A DNA stretch of 64,000 nucleotides. Source: Vulcanimicrobiota bacterium. Its GTDB lineage: Bacteria > Vulcanimicrobiota > Vulcanimicrobiia > Vulcanimicrobiales > Vulcanimicrobiaceae. The first letter of the stretch is position 1. Every line of letters begins with the position of its first letter. Below the pieces are notes generated by a model, which saw only the letters and a program-made list of their open reading frames with translations, searched no databases and was not told the origin of the DNA. The position numbers and the translations under genes are program-made. The DNA is taken from positions 256,001 through 320,000 of the forward strand of contig CAWHWQ010000002.1 in the NCBI GenBank assembly GCA_963833095.1. Direction: 5' to 3'. This document shows positions 1 to 10,100 of this stretch, piece after piece.

Positions 1-41
1 TTCCTTAAGAGCAGAATACCCCGGCCGCGTCCGCTTGTCAA

Positions 42-1022
42 CTAATAGCTTAGTTCGCCGTAGGCGACCACCGGGCAGTTGACCACGAACCCGGCAGCCT
101 TGGCTAGCGGGGCAACCTGCGCGTAACTGGTCAAACGCGTGGTTTGGGGAGCGCCGACCACCATCACGTTCCAAAGCGGGCTGTACCCATTGGCTGCATA
201 GGGGTGCGCGAGGTCCGGAGCAAGCGAGAGCACGTTGAAGGGCGAGCCGATCTCGGCTGCGTTTGAGAGTGTCGCGTCCTGGTCGAGGGGTGTACCAAGG
301 CTGAGATAGGCCAGCCCCTGCGGCGCACTCCCGGTCTGCGGACCGTTGACCACGACGCCGATCGGAATCTCTGCGCTCGCCGACGCTTTCGCCAGATTCG
401 GCGCGAAGGTCGCGCGTTCGACGCTCGATGCGACCGGATCTGACGCTTCGGGGCTAAAGTAGTAAATCGGCTGACCATTAAAAAAGCCGCGTGCGAGGGT
501 GAGCGTAACCGTCATCTTCGCCGGGTCGATTGCAAGCACGCGATCTTCGGTATTGCTATGCGTCGCAACGTCGAACGGTCCGTCGCCGGTGGCAACAATC
601 GGCGCGTTGAGGACGCCTGCGATGCCTTGCGCATGCACGAACGGTGAATATTCGGAATCGGCTTTACCGCCCGGTGTCGCCGACGCCGGCGGGAAACCCG
701 TCGCGCTCGCGACGTAGGTTCGGGTTGCGCCGAAACTCGGCGCACCCGCGAACGTGTATGTGCCGTCGGAATTCTTCGTCGCGCGCTGTGTCGCAGCCGT
801 ACCAATCGAAGCCAGACTGGGCGCAAAATTCACACCGAATTTTCGCGCGACGGCGGGATCCGACGCATCGGTGAGGATGTACCACACGGTCTTACCTTCC
901 TCGATGCCGCGATGGAGCGGTAACGTCGCTGTGTGGTTGGTCGTATCAACCGCGAGCGCGCTCGTAATCGTAAACTGTGAATGCGGCAACAACACCGCAA
1001 GTAATGCGAATAATACACTCAT
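42..1022 (-). CDS. Secreted hypothetical protein
   Basis: Long ORF; likely start MSVLFALLAVLLPHS (ATG 1022) with a hydrophobic signal-like N-terminus; no family recognised with confidence. Confidence 0.7.
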   Translation of the reverse strand: MSVLFALLAVLLPHSQFTITSALAVDTTNHTATLPLHRGIEEGKTVWYILTDASDPAVARKFGVNFAPSLASIGTAATQRATKNSDGTYTFAGAPSFGATRTYVASATGFPPASATPGGKADSEYSPFVHAQGIAGVLNAPIVATGDGPFDVATHSNTEDRVLAIDPAKMTVTLTLARGFFNGQPIYYFSPEASDPVASSVERATFAPNLAKASASAEIPIGVVVNGPQTGSAPQGLAYLSLGTPLDQDATLSNAAEIGSPFNVLSLAPDLAHPYAANGYSPLWNVMVVGAPQTTRLTSYAQVAPLAKAAGFVVNCPVVAYGELSY

Positions 1023-1057
1023 GCTGGTTGGTACGCTCGCAGAAGGCGAGCGGTTTA

Positions 1058-1309
1058 CTAGCCACCGGCAATTTTCGCGCGGCGCCCCTGCGCGACAAAC
1101 CACGCAACGATGCGCTCGCGGTGATCGCCCTGGATCTCGACCACGCCGTCTTTGCTCGTTCCACCGGTTCCGCAATGGCGTTTGAGCGCCTTAGCGATCT
1201 CGTCGGTCTCTTGCGGCGCAAGACCATGGACGAGGCTGACCACGCTGGCCCGGCGCCGTTCGCGCGCGACGCGAATGACGCCGTCAGAGGGCATTGAGGG
1301 TTTGGGCAT
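1058..1309 (-). CDS. yciH: SUI1/eIF1-family translation initiation factor (YciH)
   Basis: IRVARERRR..VSLVHGL...LKRHCGTGGTSKDGVVEIQGDHRERI is the SUI1 signature; start ATG 1309 or 1294. Confidence 0.85.
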   Translation of the reverse strand: MPKPSMPSDGVIRVARERRRASVVSLVHGLAPQETDEIAKALKRHCGTGGTSKDGVVEIQGDHRERIVAWFVAQGRRAKIAGG

Positions 1310-1325
1310 GCAAAGACCCCTTCGC

Positions 1326-1862
1326 ATGGCTCGACTCTGTATCTTCTGTGGCGCGCACGCCGGATCGAACGGGCAATATCGCGACCTTGCCGGCCAGGTC
1401 GCGCGCGCCGTGCACGGCGCCGGATTCGGCGTGGTGTACGGCGGCGGGCGCGTGGGCTTAATGGGCGCGCTTGCCGACGCGGTGCTCGCGCTAGGCGGTG
1501 AAGTAATCGGCGTGATTCCTAAAGGCCTCGCGACCAACGAGATCGCGCATGACGGGGTCGAGCAATTGCACGTGGTCGAGAGCATGCACGAGCGCAAGGC
1601 ACTGATGGCGGATTTGAGCGATGGCTTCATCGCGCTGCCGGGCGGTTACGGAACGATGGACGAGTTTCACGAGATCCTTACGTGGCGCCAGCTCGGCATT
1701 CACAACAAGCCGATCGGTCTGCTCAACGCCGGCGGCTACTACGATCATCTGCTTGCGCTCTACGATCGAATGGGCTCAGAAGGATTCGTCACGCTCAAAG
1801 CGCGCGAACTCTTCGTTAGTGCGCCCGAGATCAGCGCGTTGTTGCGCGCAATGGGACGTTAA
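1326..1862 (+). CDS. LOG-family (TIGR00730) nucleotide phosphoribohydrolase
   Basis: CIFCG N-terminus, VYGGGRVGLMG, MHERK and PGGYGTMDE (PGGxGTxxE) motifs. Confidence 0.9.
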   Translation: MARLCIFCGAHAGSNGQYRDLAGQVARAVHGAGFGVVYGGGRVGLMGALADAVLALGGEVIGVIPKGLATNEIAHDGVEQLHVVESMHERKALMADLSDGFIALPGGYGTMDEFHEILTWRQLGIHNKPIGLLNAGGYYDHLLALYDRMGSEGFVTLKARELFVSAPEISALLRAMGR

Positions 1863-2260
1863 CCGTGCTCTTCGCGGTACTTCTTGTAACGAGGAATCGC
1901 TCGCGCCATCGCCGGCAGTAAACGCATGGCGGTAGCGAGATCGCCCTGCGCTTTCGCGCGCCCGGTCATTAGGGCGCTCGGCGCCATTTCGCCGCGATAG
2001 AGCGCGTCGAACGTGTCGGCCCGCATGAAGAGCTCGACCGTCGGCTTGGGCGCGTTCGGGTCGTCGACGTACACGTCGTACCGATGGCCGGGTTCCGGTT
2101 TGCGCGTTGTGTCGAGCACGATCCGGAGGACCGGGTCTTTCAACGAGTATGCAAGCACGACGCCGTTCCCCCCGAAGAAGGCGTCGTCGACCTCCGCTTC
2201 ATACTTGAAAAACGCTTCGAGCACGTCGCGCGCGTGCGCACTATCTCGGAATGCAGCCAT
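1859..2260 (-). CDS. SCP2 sterol/lipid-binding domain protein
   Basis: C-terminal MRADTFDALYRGEMAPSALMTGRAKAQGD resembles SCP2. Confidence 0.6.
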   Translation of the reverse strand: MAAFRDSAHARDVLEAFFKYEAEVDDAFFGGNGVVLAYSLKDPVLRIVLDTTRKPEPGHRYDVYVDDPNAPKPTVELFMRADTFDALYRGEMAPSALMTGRAKAQGDLATAMRLLPAMARAIPRYKKYREEHG

Positions 2261-2331
2261 AGCGCCTCCTCCAAAGGGAAGGACGTCTCCGCGAACGTAC
2301 GCACCCGACGAGGACGCGGAAGGAGATCACT

Positions 2332-4503
2332 GTGACGTTTACCCTTCGATCCCTAGGTATTGTATCGGTTCTTGGGGCGCTCGTGCTTACCCAGCGTGCC
2401 GTACTTCCGGCGCAGGCGCAGTCGGCCAACGCAGCGCAAACGACGGTCGCCAAAGCGCCGCCGACAATGCCCGACGGATCCGATCCATATCTCTGGCTCG
2501 AGGACAAGGACGGCGCGCGAGCGATGGCGTGGGTCAAGGAGCAAAACGCGAAAACCCTTCCCGTGCTCGAAGGCGATTCACATTTCCAACACCTCTACGC
2601 AGCTGCGCTCCAAGTCGCGCAATCCAAGAGCCGCATACCCTATCCGCGAACGATTGACGGCCAGATCTACAACTTTTGGCAAGACGACCAGCACGTCCGC
2701 GGAATTTGGCGCCGCACGAGCGTCGCAAGCTATGCCACCGCGACGCCGCAGTGGACGACCGTGCTCGATCTTGACGCAGTCAGCGCATCCGAAAAAGCCA
2801 ACTGGGTGTGGCACGGCGCGCAATGTGATTGGCCGGCGGAAACGCGCTGCTTGCTATCGCTCTCGAACGGCGGCGAAGATGCCGACACCGTGCGCGAGTT
2901 CGATCTGACGAAGAGCGCCTTCGTGAACGGCGGCTTCGACTTGCCGCGCAGCAAGCAGAACGTGGCGTGGGAGAACGGCAACACGATTCTCGTCGCGCGC
3001 GAATGGACGAGCGGTGACCTTACGGCCTCGGGCTATCCCTACATCGTGAAGCGTCTTCGCCGCGGACAGCCACTCTCGAATGCCGTCGAAATCTTTCGCG
3101 GCGAAAAGAGCGACGTTTCGGTCACCCCCTTTAGCCTGCACGACGGCACGGGTCACAGCGTGACGATTATCGATCGTGGCGTTACGTTCTTCACCTCGAA
3201 AGACTATATTGTGACTCCTGCCGGCCCGAAAGAGCTTGCAACGCCGGAAAAAGTCAATATCCAGGACATGGTCGACGGCCGCATCATCATCTCACTCAAT
3301 CAAGATTGGGATGTTGCGGGCAAGCATTTCGCGCAGGGCTCGCTGGTTGCGGTCGACGCGGCTGCGGCTGCGGCTGACCCGGCCCATCTCTCGCCGGTGC
3401 TGATTTATGCGCCCGGCCCGCGCGAATCGATCCAATCCGTCTCCGCGTCGCACTCGCGGTTGCTCGTGACGATCTACCAGAACGTGCGCGGTCGCGCGTT
3501 TGTGTTCACGCCCGGAGCGCAAGGATCGTGGACATCGCGCCAATTACCGCTGGCCGACAACTCCTCGATCAACCTGATCGATAGCAGCGATCGCGCGAAT
3601 GCCGCCTATGTCAGCGTGACCTCATTCCTCATTCCGACCACGCTCTGGTCGGTCGACACGGCATCTGCGTCCGTTGCTCGCGTCAAGGCGCTTCCACCGC
3701 TTTTTGACGCCTCGAACGACGTGGTCGAACAGCACGAGGCGACATCGGCGGACGGTACCAAGATCCCGTACTTCATCGTGCATCCGAAAAACATGCAACT
3801 CGACGGAACCAATCCCACCGTGCTTTACGCGTACGGCGGTTTTCAGATCTCCGAGACGCCCTACTACTCGGGTATTCTCGGAAAGCTCTGGCTCGAACGC
3901 GGCGGAACATTCGTGCTCGCCAACATTCGCGGCGGCGGCGAATTCGGGCCGGCGTGGCATGAGGCCGGCTTAAAAACGAATCGGCAACGCGTCTACGACG
4001 ATTTTTATGCCGTCGCGCAAGATCTCGTTGCAAGCAAAGTCACCTCCCCTCGTCATCTCGGCATTCAAGGTGGGTCGAATGGCGGGTTGCTCATGGGCGT
4101 GGAGTTCACCGAGCATCCCGACGAGTGGAACGCGGTCGATATTCAAGTGCCGCTGCTCGACATGCTACGCTTCGAGAAAATTCAAGCCGGTGCATCGTGG
4201 GTCGGCGAATATGGAAGCGTCTCGGTTCCAGCCGAGAAAGCGTTCTGGGAAGCGCATTCACCTTACAACAACCTCAAAGGCGGCGTTGCATACCCCGAGC
4301 CCTTGATTTGGACGACCACCAAAGACGATCGCGTCGGACCACAGCACGCCCGCAAGTTCGCAGCGAAACTCTCGGCCATGGGTGTCCCCTATTTGTTCTA
4401 CGAGGTCACCGAAGGCGGCCACGGCGCCGGCGCAAACCTCAAAGAGAGCGCGCACACCTCCGCGCTCGAGTGGACCTATTTCACGATGAAGCTCATGCAG
4501 TAG
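2332..4503 (+). CDS. Prolyl oligopeptidase (S9A), secreted
   Basis: DPYLWLED, YAYGGF, NIRGGGEFG, GGSNGGLL (catalytic Ser), DDRV and GGHG motifs; signal peptide. Confidence 0.95.
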   Translation: MTFTLRSLGIVSVLGALVLTQRAVLPAQAQSANAAQTTVAKAPPTMPDGSDPYLWLEDKDGARAMAWVKEQNAKTLPVLEGDSHFQHLYAAALQVAQSKSRIPYPRTIDGQIYNFWQDDQHVRGIWRRTSVASYATATPQWTTVLDLDAVSASEKANWVWHGAQCDWPAETRCLLSLSNGGEDADTVREFDLTKSAFVNGGFDLPRSKQNVAWENGNTILVAREWTSGDLTASGYPYIVKRLRRGQPLSNAVEIFRGEKSDVSVTPFSLHDGTGHSVTIIDRGVTFFTSKDYIVTPAGPKELATPEKVNIQDMVDGRIIISLNQDWDVAGKHFAQGSLVAVDAAAAAADPAHLSPVLIYAPGPRESIQSVSASHSRLLVTIYQNVRGRAFVFTPGAQGSWTSRQLPLADNSSINLIDSSDRANAAYVSVTSFLIPTTLWSVDTASASVARVKALPPLFDASNDVVEQHEATSADGTKIPYFIVHPKNMQLDGTNPTVLYAYGGFQISETPYYSGILGKLWLERGGTFVLANIRGGGEFGPAWHEAGLKTNRQRVYDDFYAVAQDLVASKVTSPRHLGIQGGSNGGLLMGVEFTEHPDEWNAVDIQVPLLDMLRFEKIQAGASWVGEYGSVSVPAEKAFWEAHSPYNNLKGGVAYPEPLIWTTTKDDRVGPQHARKFAAKLSAMGVPYLFYEVTEGGHGAGANLKESAHTSALEWTYFTMKLMQ

Positions 4504-4531
4504 CCGATAACCTGAAGTAGGAGGGCCTGCG

Positions 4532-6721
4532 ATGCGCCTGCGAGTCAGCGGTCTCTTTTTTGTCCTCGGTGTTCTGCTGGTCGCGTGCGGCGGCGGTGGA
4601 AAATCCGGCGTTCTGCCAAATTCAGCACAGTCGAACGGCGGCGGTTCGCAACCCGCGCAAGCAACCAAGCAACTTGCCGTGGTGCTGAAGATCCCTCCGG
4701 CGGACCAACAATCGCGCGCGCGTAGGCCCTTCTTCGTGTCGTCGAATACGCAATCGATCGTCTTCGCGGTTGTGCCCAATGGTTCGGGCACGCCGACACC
4801 GGCGCAGGAGCAAATCTTTCCGGTTACAACACCGAGCCCGTGCGCAACGACCGGTGCGGGCGGTGAAACCTGCACTTTTACGGTCGCAGCACCATACGGG
4901 ACGGATGTTTTCTACGTCGCGACGTTCGCTGTGCCGAGTCCCAACGCGAGTTCATCGCCGCTTGCAAGTTTCGTCTCCGGAGCGATCGCGGTTGCAAGCC
5001 CCGCGCCCGGTGTCACGCCGTCACCGCTTGCGTTTTCGATGAACGGCATCGTTGCAAACGTGGCAATAACGGTCCCGAGCCCCGATCCGAACAACACGCC
5101 GAACACGCGAGTCTTTCTCGCCGGCGTTGTTGCTGCGCCTATTCCGCTTGGAATCACGCCGTACGACGCAAGCGGCGCGGCGATTCTCAGCGACACCTTT
5201 CTTGTGCCCGTTATTCTCGGCGTCAACCCCGCTGGGGAAGGCGTCGGCATGACGCTGAACGCGACATGCCCCGGTGCGCCAAGCTTTGCGACGCCCAGTC
5301 CGATTGTCGACGTGAGCTGTGCCTCGGATCTCGCAAATGTGAAGCTCTCGTACAGCGGTGGCATTACGGCCGATAGCAACGACCACATCGTTGATACTTT
5401 CGCGGTTGCCGCCGTGCAAACGGCGTCGCCCGCGCCGTCGCCGGCGAACGTCGTCCTCGCGAGCAACGTGGTAACGTTCGTACCCAGCACCGGAGGCAAC
5501 GCGTACAACGCCGGCTACCTCCAAGCGTTACCCAATAACCTGATTGCTTACATGTTGATGTCGTCATCGCTCACGACCGCGCAATACGGCACGATCAACG
5601 TTTCCACCGGTGTGGGGTCAACGCCGATTACGCTCAACGGCGCGACGCCAAGCGGTTTCTACGCAATGAGCGACGGCAGCATCTGGGTAACCGACAGAGT
5701 GAACGACGATATGCTCTGCTTCGCCGCGGGCAGTAGCGCTGTGACGAACACCATCAGCCTCTCCGGCTTCATGACGTATGCGAGCGATGTGACGTTCGAC
5801 GGGACCAAAATCTGGGCGAGCGGGTCTTCGTCATCGTCGCCGTTAGATGTGGTCGTTTATGCGCCGCTTACCGGAACATGCACCGTCGGCGCGCTCGCGA
5901 GCAGCGCGCTGACGGGTGACACCTATTCCGACAACGATCTCCTTATGGCGCCGCAGAGCGCCGGCGGAGTACTGGTTGACGGCGTCTCGGACGGCGGCGC
6001 GTGGACGGTGACGTCGAATGGTGTAGCCACATATCTCAACCCCGGGTTCCCACCGGGCAGTGCGTTCGGCGGCGGCGTCGGCATCGATGGAACCGGCGTC
6101 GGCTATTTCTCATTCAACACCGGCCCTGCGGGCGAGATTCTGACTCTCGCGAACGGCGGCAGCGCATTCTCACAGACGCTCGCTGCGCCACCGGTGCACT
6201 TCGCCGGCCTCGCAGCCTTTGGCCCCAACGGTGGCGCGGCCGATAGAATCGGATACGCAGATACAACGAATCAAACGCTGGGCGTGCTCGAAGGGCCAAA
6301 CAGTGCGACGCCGCTCAATATCCTCACGACGCTGGGCTATGCGGCGTTCGAGGTCACCGGTCAAAATGTTGCGATTTCCACGAAGGGAGCCGGGTTCGTT
6401 GTCTACTTCGATCTCACGGCGAACGCCGTCACGCTCGCGCGCACCGAGTTTACGTCGACGTGGTGGATTCCGGTGACGACCCTGCCGCTCGCCAACGTGC
6501 TAAGCATCGACGAGCGCGGCGACAGCGGGCCATTCACGTTAACACCGGTCGGCACGCCACCGTCGTGTCTCGGAACGATCACCGCGGTGCCGAATACCGA
6601 TCACGATTTTTACGTGCCGGATACCTCAGGTTCGTCAACCTGCGTAGTCACGCTCAACGTGACCGACAAGAACGGAAGATCGCAGACAGTAACGATTACG
6701 GCCCAACCCAACGCCGGTTAG
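4532..6721 (+). CDS. Large lipoprotein, beta-rich, function unknown
   Basis: Lipobox LVAC-GGGG; Ser/Thr/Pro-rich; 729 aa. Confidence 0.75.
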   Translation: MRLRVSGLFFVLGVLLVACGGGGKSGVLPNSAQSNGGGSQPAQATKQLAVVLKIPPADQQSRARRPFFVSSNTQSIVFAVVPNGSGTPTPAQEQIFPVTTPSPCATTGAGGETCTFTVAAPYGTDVFYVATFAVPSPNASSSPLASFVSGAIAVASPAPGVTPSPLAFSMNGIVANVAITVPSPDPNNTPNTRVFLAGVVAAPIPLGITPYDASGAAILSDTFLVPVILGVNPAGEGVGMTLNATCPGAPSFATPSPIVDVSCASDLANVKLSYSGGITADSNDHIVDTFAVAAVQTASPAPSPANVVLASNVVTFVPSTGGNAYNAGYLQALPNNLIAYMLMSSSLTTAQYGTINVSTGVGSTPITLNGATPSGFYAMSDGSIWVTDRVNDDMLCFAAGSSAVTNTISLSGFMTYASDVTFDGTKIWASGSSSSSPLDVVVYAPLTGTCTVGALASSALTGDTYSDNDLLMAPQSAGGVLVDGVSDGGAWTVTSNGVATYLNPGFPPGSAFGGGVGIDGTGVGYFSFNTGPAGEILTLANGGSAFSQTLAAPPVHFAGLAAFGPNGGAADRIGYADTTNQTLGVLEGPNSATPLNILTTLGYAAFEVTGQNVAISTKGAGFVVYFDLTANAVTLARTEFTSTWWIPVTTLPLANVLSIDERGDSGPFTLTPVGTPPSCLGTITAVPNTDHDFYVPDTSGSSTCVVTLNVTDKNGRSQTVTITAQPNAG

Positions 6722-7110
6722 CGTTCGAGCGTGGCCTTCATCGCCGCGCCGCCGCCGTTCATGATGCCCTCGATCGCTCCAGCGATCTCGTTGGGTAAGA
6801 CGTCAACGATCCACACGACGCGGCTGCCGCCGCCGGCGTTTGCGAAGACTTGCAGCGATGCATTGTAGTGCGTTGCGCGGCCACCGACGGCCGTCCAGGC
6901 AAAGCGCATCTCCTGATCGTCGACGCTCACGATCGGCTCGCGCACGACCATGCCGTTTGCAAAAGTTACGATACGAACATCGCCTTCGAGCCGGCAGTCG
7001 CTCAACGCCCCGGGGAAAAGCCGCGTATTCGCCGCACCGACATCACGAACTGCGTCCCACACTTTCGCGGGCGCGACGTCGACGTCGATCTCCTTGCGAA
7101 TGCTAGCCAC
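6718..7110 (-). CDS. SRPBCC/START-domain (polyketide cyclase-like) protein
   Basis: IDVDVAPAKVWDAVRD N-terminus; typical 130-aa length. Confidence 0.85.
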   Translation of the reverse strand: MASIRKEIDVDVAPAKVWDAVRDVGAANTRLFPGALSDCRLEGDVRIVTFANGMVVREPIVSVDDQEMRFAWTAVGGRATHYNASLQVFANAGGGSRVVWIVDVLPNEIAGAIEGIMNGGGAAMKATLER

Positions 7111-7116
7111 GCGCTC

Positions 7117-10100
7117 TTATTCGGTCAAGGCCATCTTGACGACGCGCTCCTGTTCGGCCGCGTGCGCGCCGGGATAACCTTCCGACGGTGAGGCGCGATA
7201 GCCGCGACCCGCATAGCCGATATCGAGCGGCTTGCGCAACTTCTCGAGCAAACGGCGGCGCGCGTATGCGCGCGCGCCCATGTTCTTGGGCTCTTCTTGC
7301 ACCCATACCAGCGATTTGATGTTCGGGTAGGTGTCGAGCAGCGCGTTGATTTCTTCCGAGGGCATCGGCGAGAGCAACTCTAGGCGCACGATCGCGGTCT
7401 TCTTCAATTTCGGATAGAGTTCGGACGCGATCAGATCGTAGTAGATCTTGCCCGAGCACAACAAGATGCGTTCGATCTTCGTTTTGTCGGTAATATTCGG
7501 GTCGTCGATGACGGCCTTGAACGAGCCGGTAGCCATATCATCGATCGTTCCCGATGCAGCCTCGGCGCGCAGGAGCGACTTGGGCGTCATCACCACCAGC
7601 GGCACCGGATTCGGGGAGCTTGCCTGCTGGCGCAACAGGTGATAGTAGTTGCCCGCCGTCGAGGGATACGCGACGCGCAAGTTGCCCTCGGCCGCGAGCT
7701 GCAAGAAGCGCTCGAGTCGCGCGCTCGAATGCTCAGGCCCTTGACCTTCGTAGCCGTGCGGCAGCAACAACGTGAGGCGCGAGGTCTGACCCCACTTCGC
7801 CTGACCCGCGGCAATGAATTGATCGATGATAATCTGCGCGCCGTTGACGAAGTCGCCAAACTGCGCTTCCCACAGAACCAGCGACTTCGGCACCGCCGCC
7901 GCATAACCGTATTCGAAACCGACGCAGGCGTACTCCGAAAGCGGCGAGTTATGAATCTCGAAGCTCGCTTTAGCGGCCGCGAGATGCTGGAGCGGTATGT
8001 ATTCGCTGTTGCTCGTTGGATCGTGCAGCACCGCGTGACGATGACTGAACGTGCCGCGCTCGGTATCCTGACCGGTAATGCGAATCGGGACGCCCGACGA
8101 AAGCAGCGAGCTAAACGCCAAGGCCTCGGCCATGCCCCAATCGACCAGTCCCTTTTCCGCGATGGTCGTTTTGCGCCGCTCGAATTGCGTGGTGAGTTTT
8201 TTGTTGACCGCGAACCCGTCGGGGACGGTGACGAGATCCTCCGACCAGGTCAGTAACTGCGCCTTGTCGACCGGCACGAGCGTCGCGGTCGGCAACGGCG
8301 CCGATTGCGAGATCTTCTCGATCATGCTGCCGCTATGCGATTCCTTGACGCTCTTGTAGGCCTCTTGCAGACGCGCCGTTGCTTCGGTCACCATCTCGCT
8401 TGCCTGTTCGGTCGTGATCACGCCTTGCGCGATCAATTTGTTGGCAAAGAGGTCGCGCGCGGTCGGATGCGACTTGATCTTCTCGTACATCGACGGCTGC
8501 GTGTAGGCCGGCTCGTCTTGCTCGTTGTGACCGAAGCGACGGTAGCCGATCAGATCGATCACCACATCGCGCGCAAAACGCTTGCGGAATTCTTCGGCCA
8601 AATGCACTGCGGAGATGCACGCATCGACGTCGTCGGCGTTGACGTGAATGATCGGAGCGTCGAAGCCTTTGGCGATATCCGAGGCATACCGGGTCGAGCG
8701 CGAGTCGCGCGTATCTGTCGTAAAGCCGATTTGGTTGTTGGCGATGAGATGCAGCGTGCCGCCGGTTGCATAACCGGGCAGCGACTGGAGATTGAAAACT
8801 TCGGAGATGATGCCTTGGCCTGTGAACGCTGCATCGCCGTGGATCAGAATCGGCGCGGCCTTGCGCACGTCTTGGATCGGCATCGGATTGGTGTGATCGG
8901 TCTGCAGCGCGCGCGCGCGTCCTTCGACGACCGGGTCGACTGCTTCGAGGTGACTGGGGTTGTGTTGCAGCGTCACCATGATCTGCTTGCCGCTGCTCGT
9001 GTTGTACACGCCGGTCGCTCCGTGGTGATACTTCACGTCGCCGGTCACGTCATCATCGCTGCTCACGTCGCCGCGCTGGTGTGCCGCCTCAAATTCGCCC
9101 AGCAGTTCCTCGTAGGGCATGTTGACCACGTGCGCGATCACGCTCAGGCGCCCGCGGTGCGCCATACCGAGTACCGCGTTGGGCGTATCTTCGTCGGCCA
9201 GCATCTCGAGCGTCTCCTCGAGCATCGGCACCATTACATCGAGTCCTTCGCCCGAAAAACTCTTCTGGCCGAGAAACGTTTTGCGAACGAACCGCTCGAA
9301 GGTCTCGACCTTGGTCAAGCGCTGCAAGAAGCGAACCTGCCGGTCGGGCGAAAGCGAGATCTTGTGCGCGCCGCTCTCGATCGTTTCGCGTAGCCAGCGG
9401 CGCTGTTCGGTATTGGAGATGTGTTCGAACTCGTACGCGATCGTGGAGCTGTAGATCTCGCGCAGCTTGGGCAGTACGTCAGCGAGGGTTGCACCCGGCA
9501 CGAACACGCGCAGCACCGACGCCGGAATCGCGGCTTGCAGCGAAGGCGTCAGCCCGTAGCCTGCGGGATCGAGTTTGGGATCGCCCACCGGCTCAGAACC
9601 GAGCGGATCCAGGTGTGCGGCAAGATGCCCATGCGTGCGATATCCGGAGACGATCGCCATCGCCGCCGCAACAGCGCGCAGCATTTCGTCCGTCGGCGCG
9701 GCTTTATTGTCCAACGCGAAAGCCTTGTCCACTAAAGCCCCGTCGCCGCCTCGCGGCGACTCCAGCTTCCCGACTGACAACCCTAACTGCTTAAACAGCG
9801 TTTCGTAGAAATTGTCGGCGCCTTGCAGCAGCGCATCGACGCGACGCAAATATTCGCCCGATTGCGCGCCTTGGATCACACGATGATCGTAGGTGCTCGT
9901 CATCTGCATCACTTTGCTGATGCCGAGCTGACGCAGCGCGGCTTCGGACGCACTCTGGAATCCCGCCGGATAGCCGATTGCGCCGGTTGCAAGAATCGCG
10001 CCCTGACCGACGAGCAGACGCGGCACCGACGCGACGGTGCCGATGCCGCCCGGATTGGTCAACGTAAACGAGGCGCCTTGCAGATCGTCTGCGACGAGCT

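Noticed and set aside
8305..9393. Long antisense ORFs (also 44526-45761, 52098-53333, 42530-43636)
   Set aside because: Shadow frames of well-supported genes, expected in high-GC DNA
9742..9760. Perfect 8-bp hairpin GTCGCCGC-CTC-GCGGCGAC in the kgd E2-E1 linker
   Set aside because: Single copy in GC-rich DNA and unrelated to the TGTCATC family; cannot be distinguished from chance
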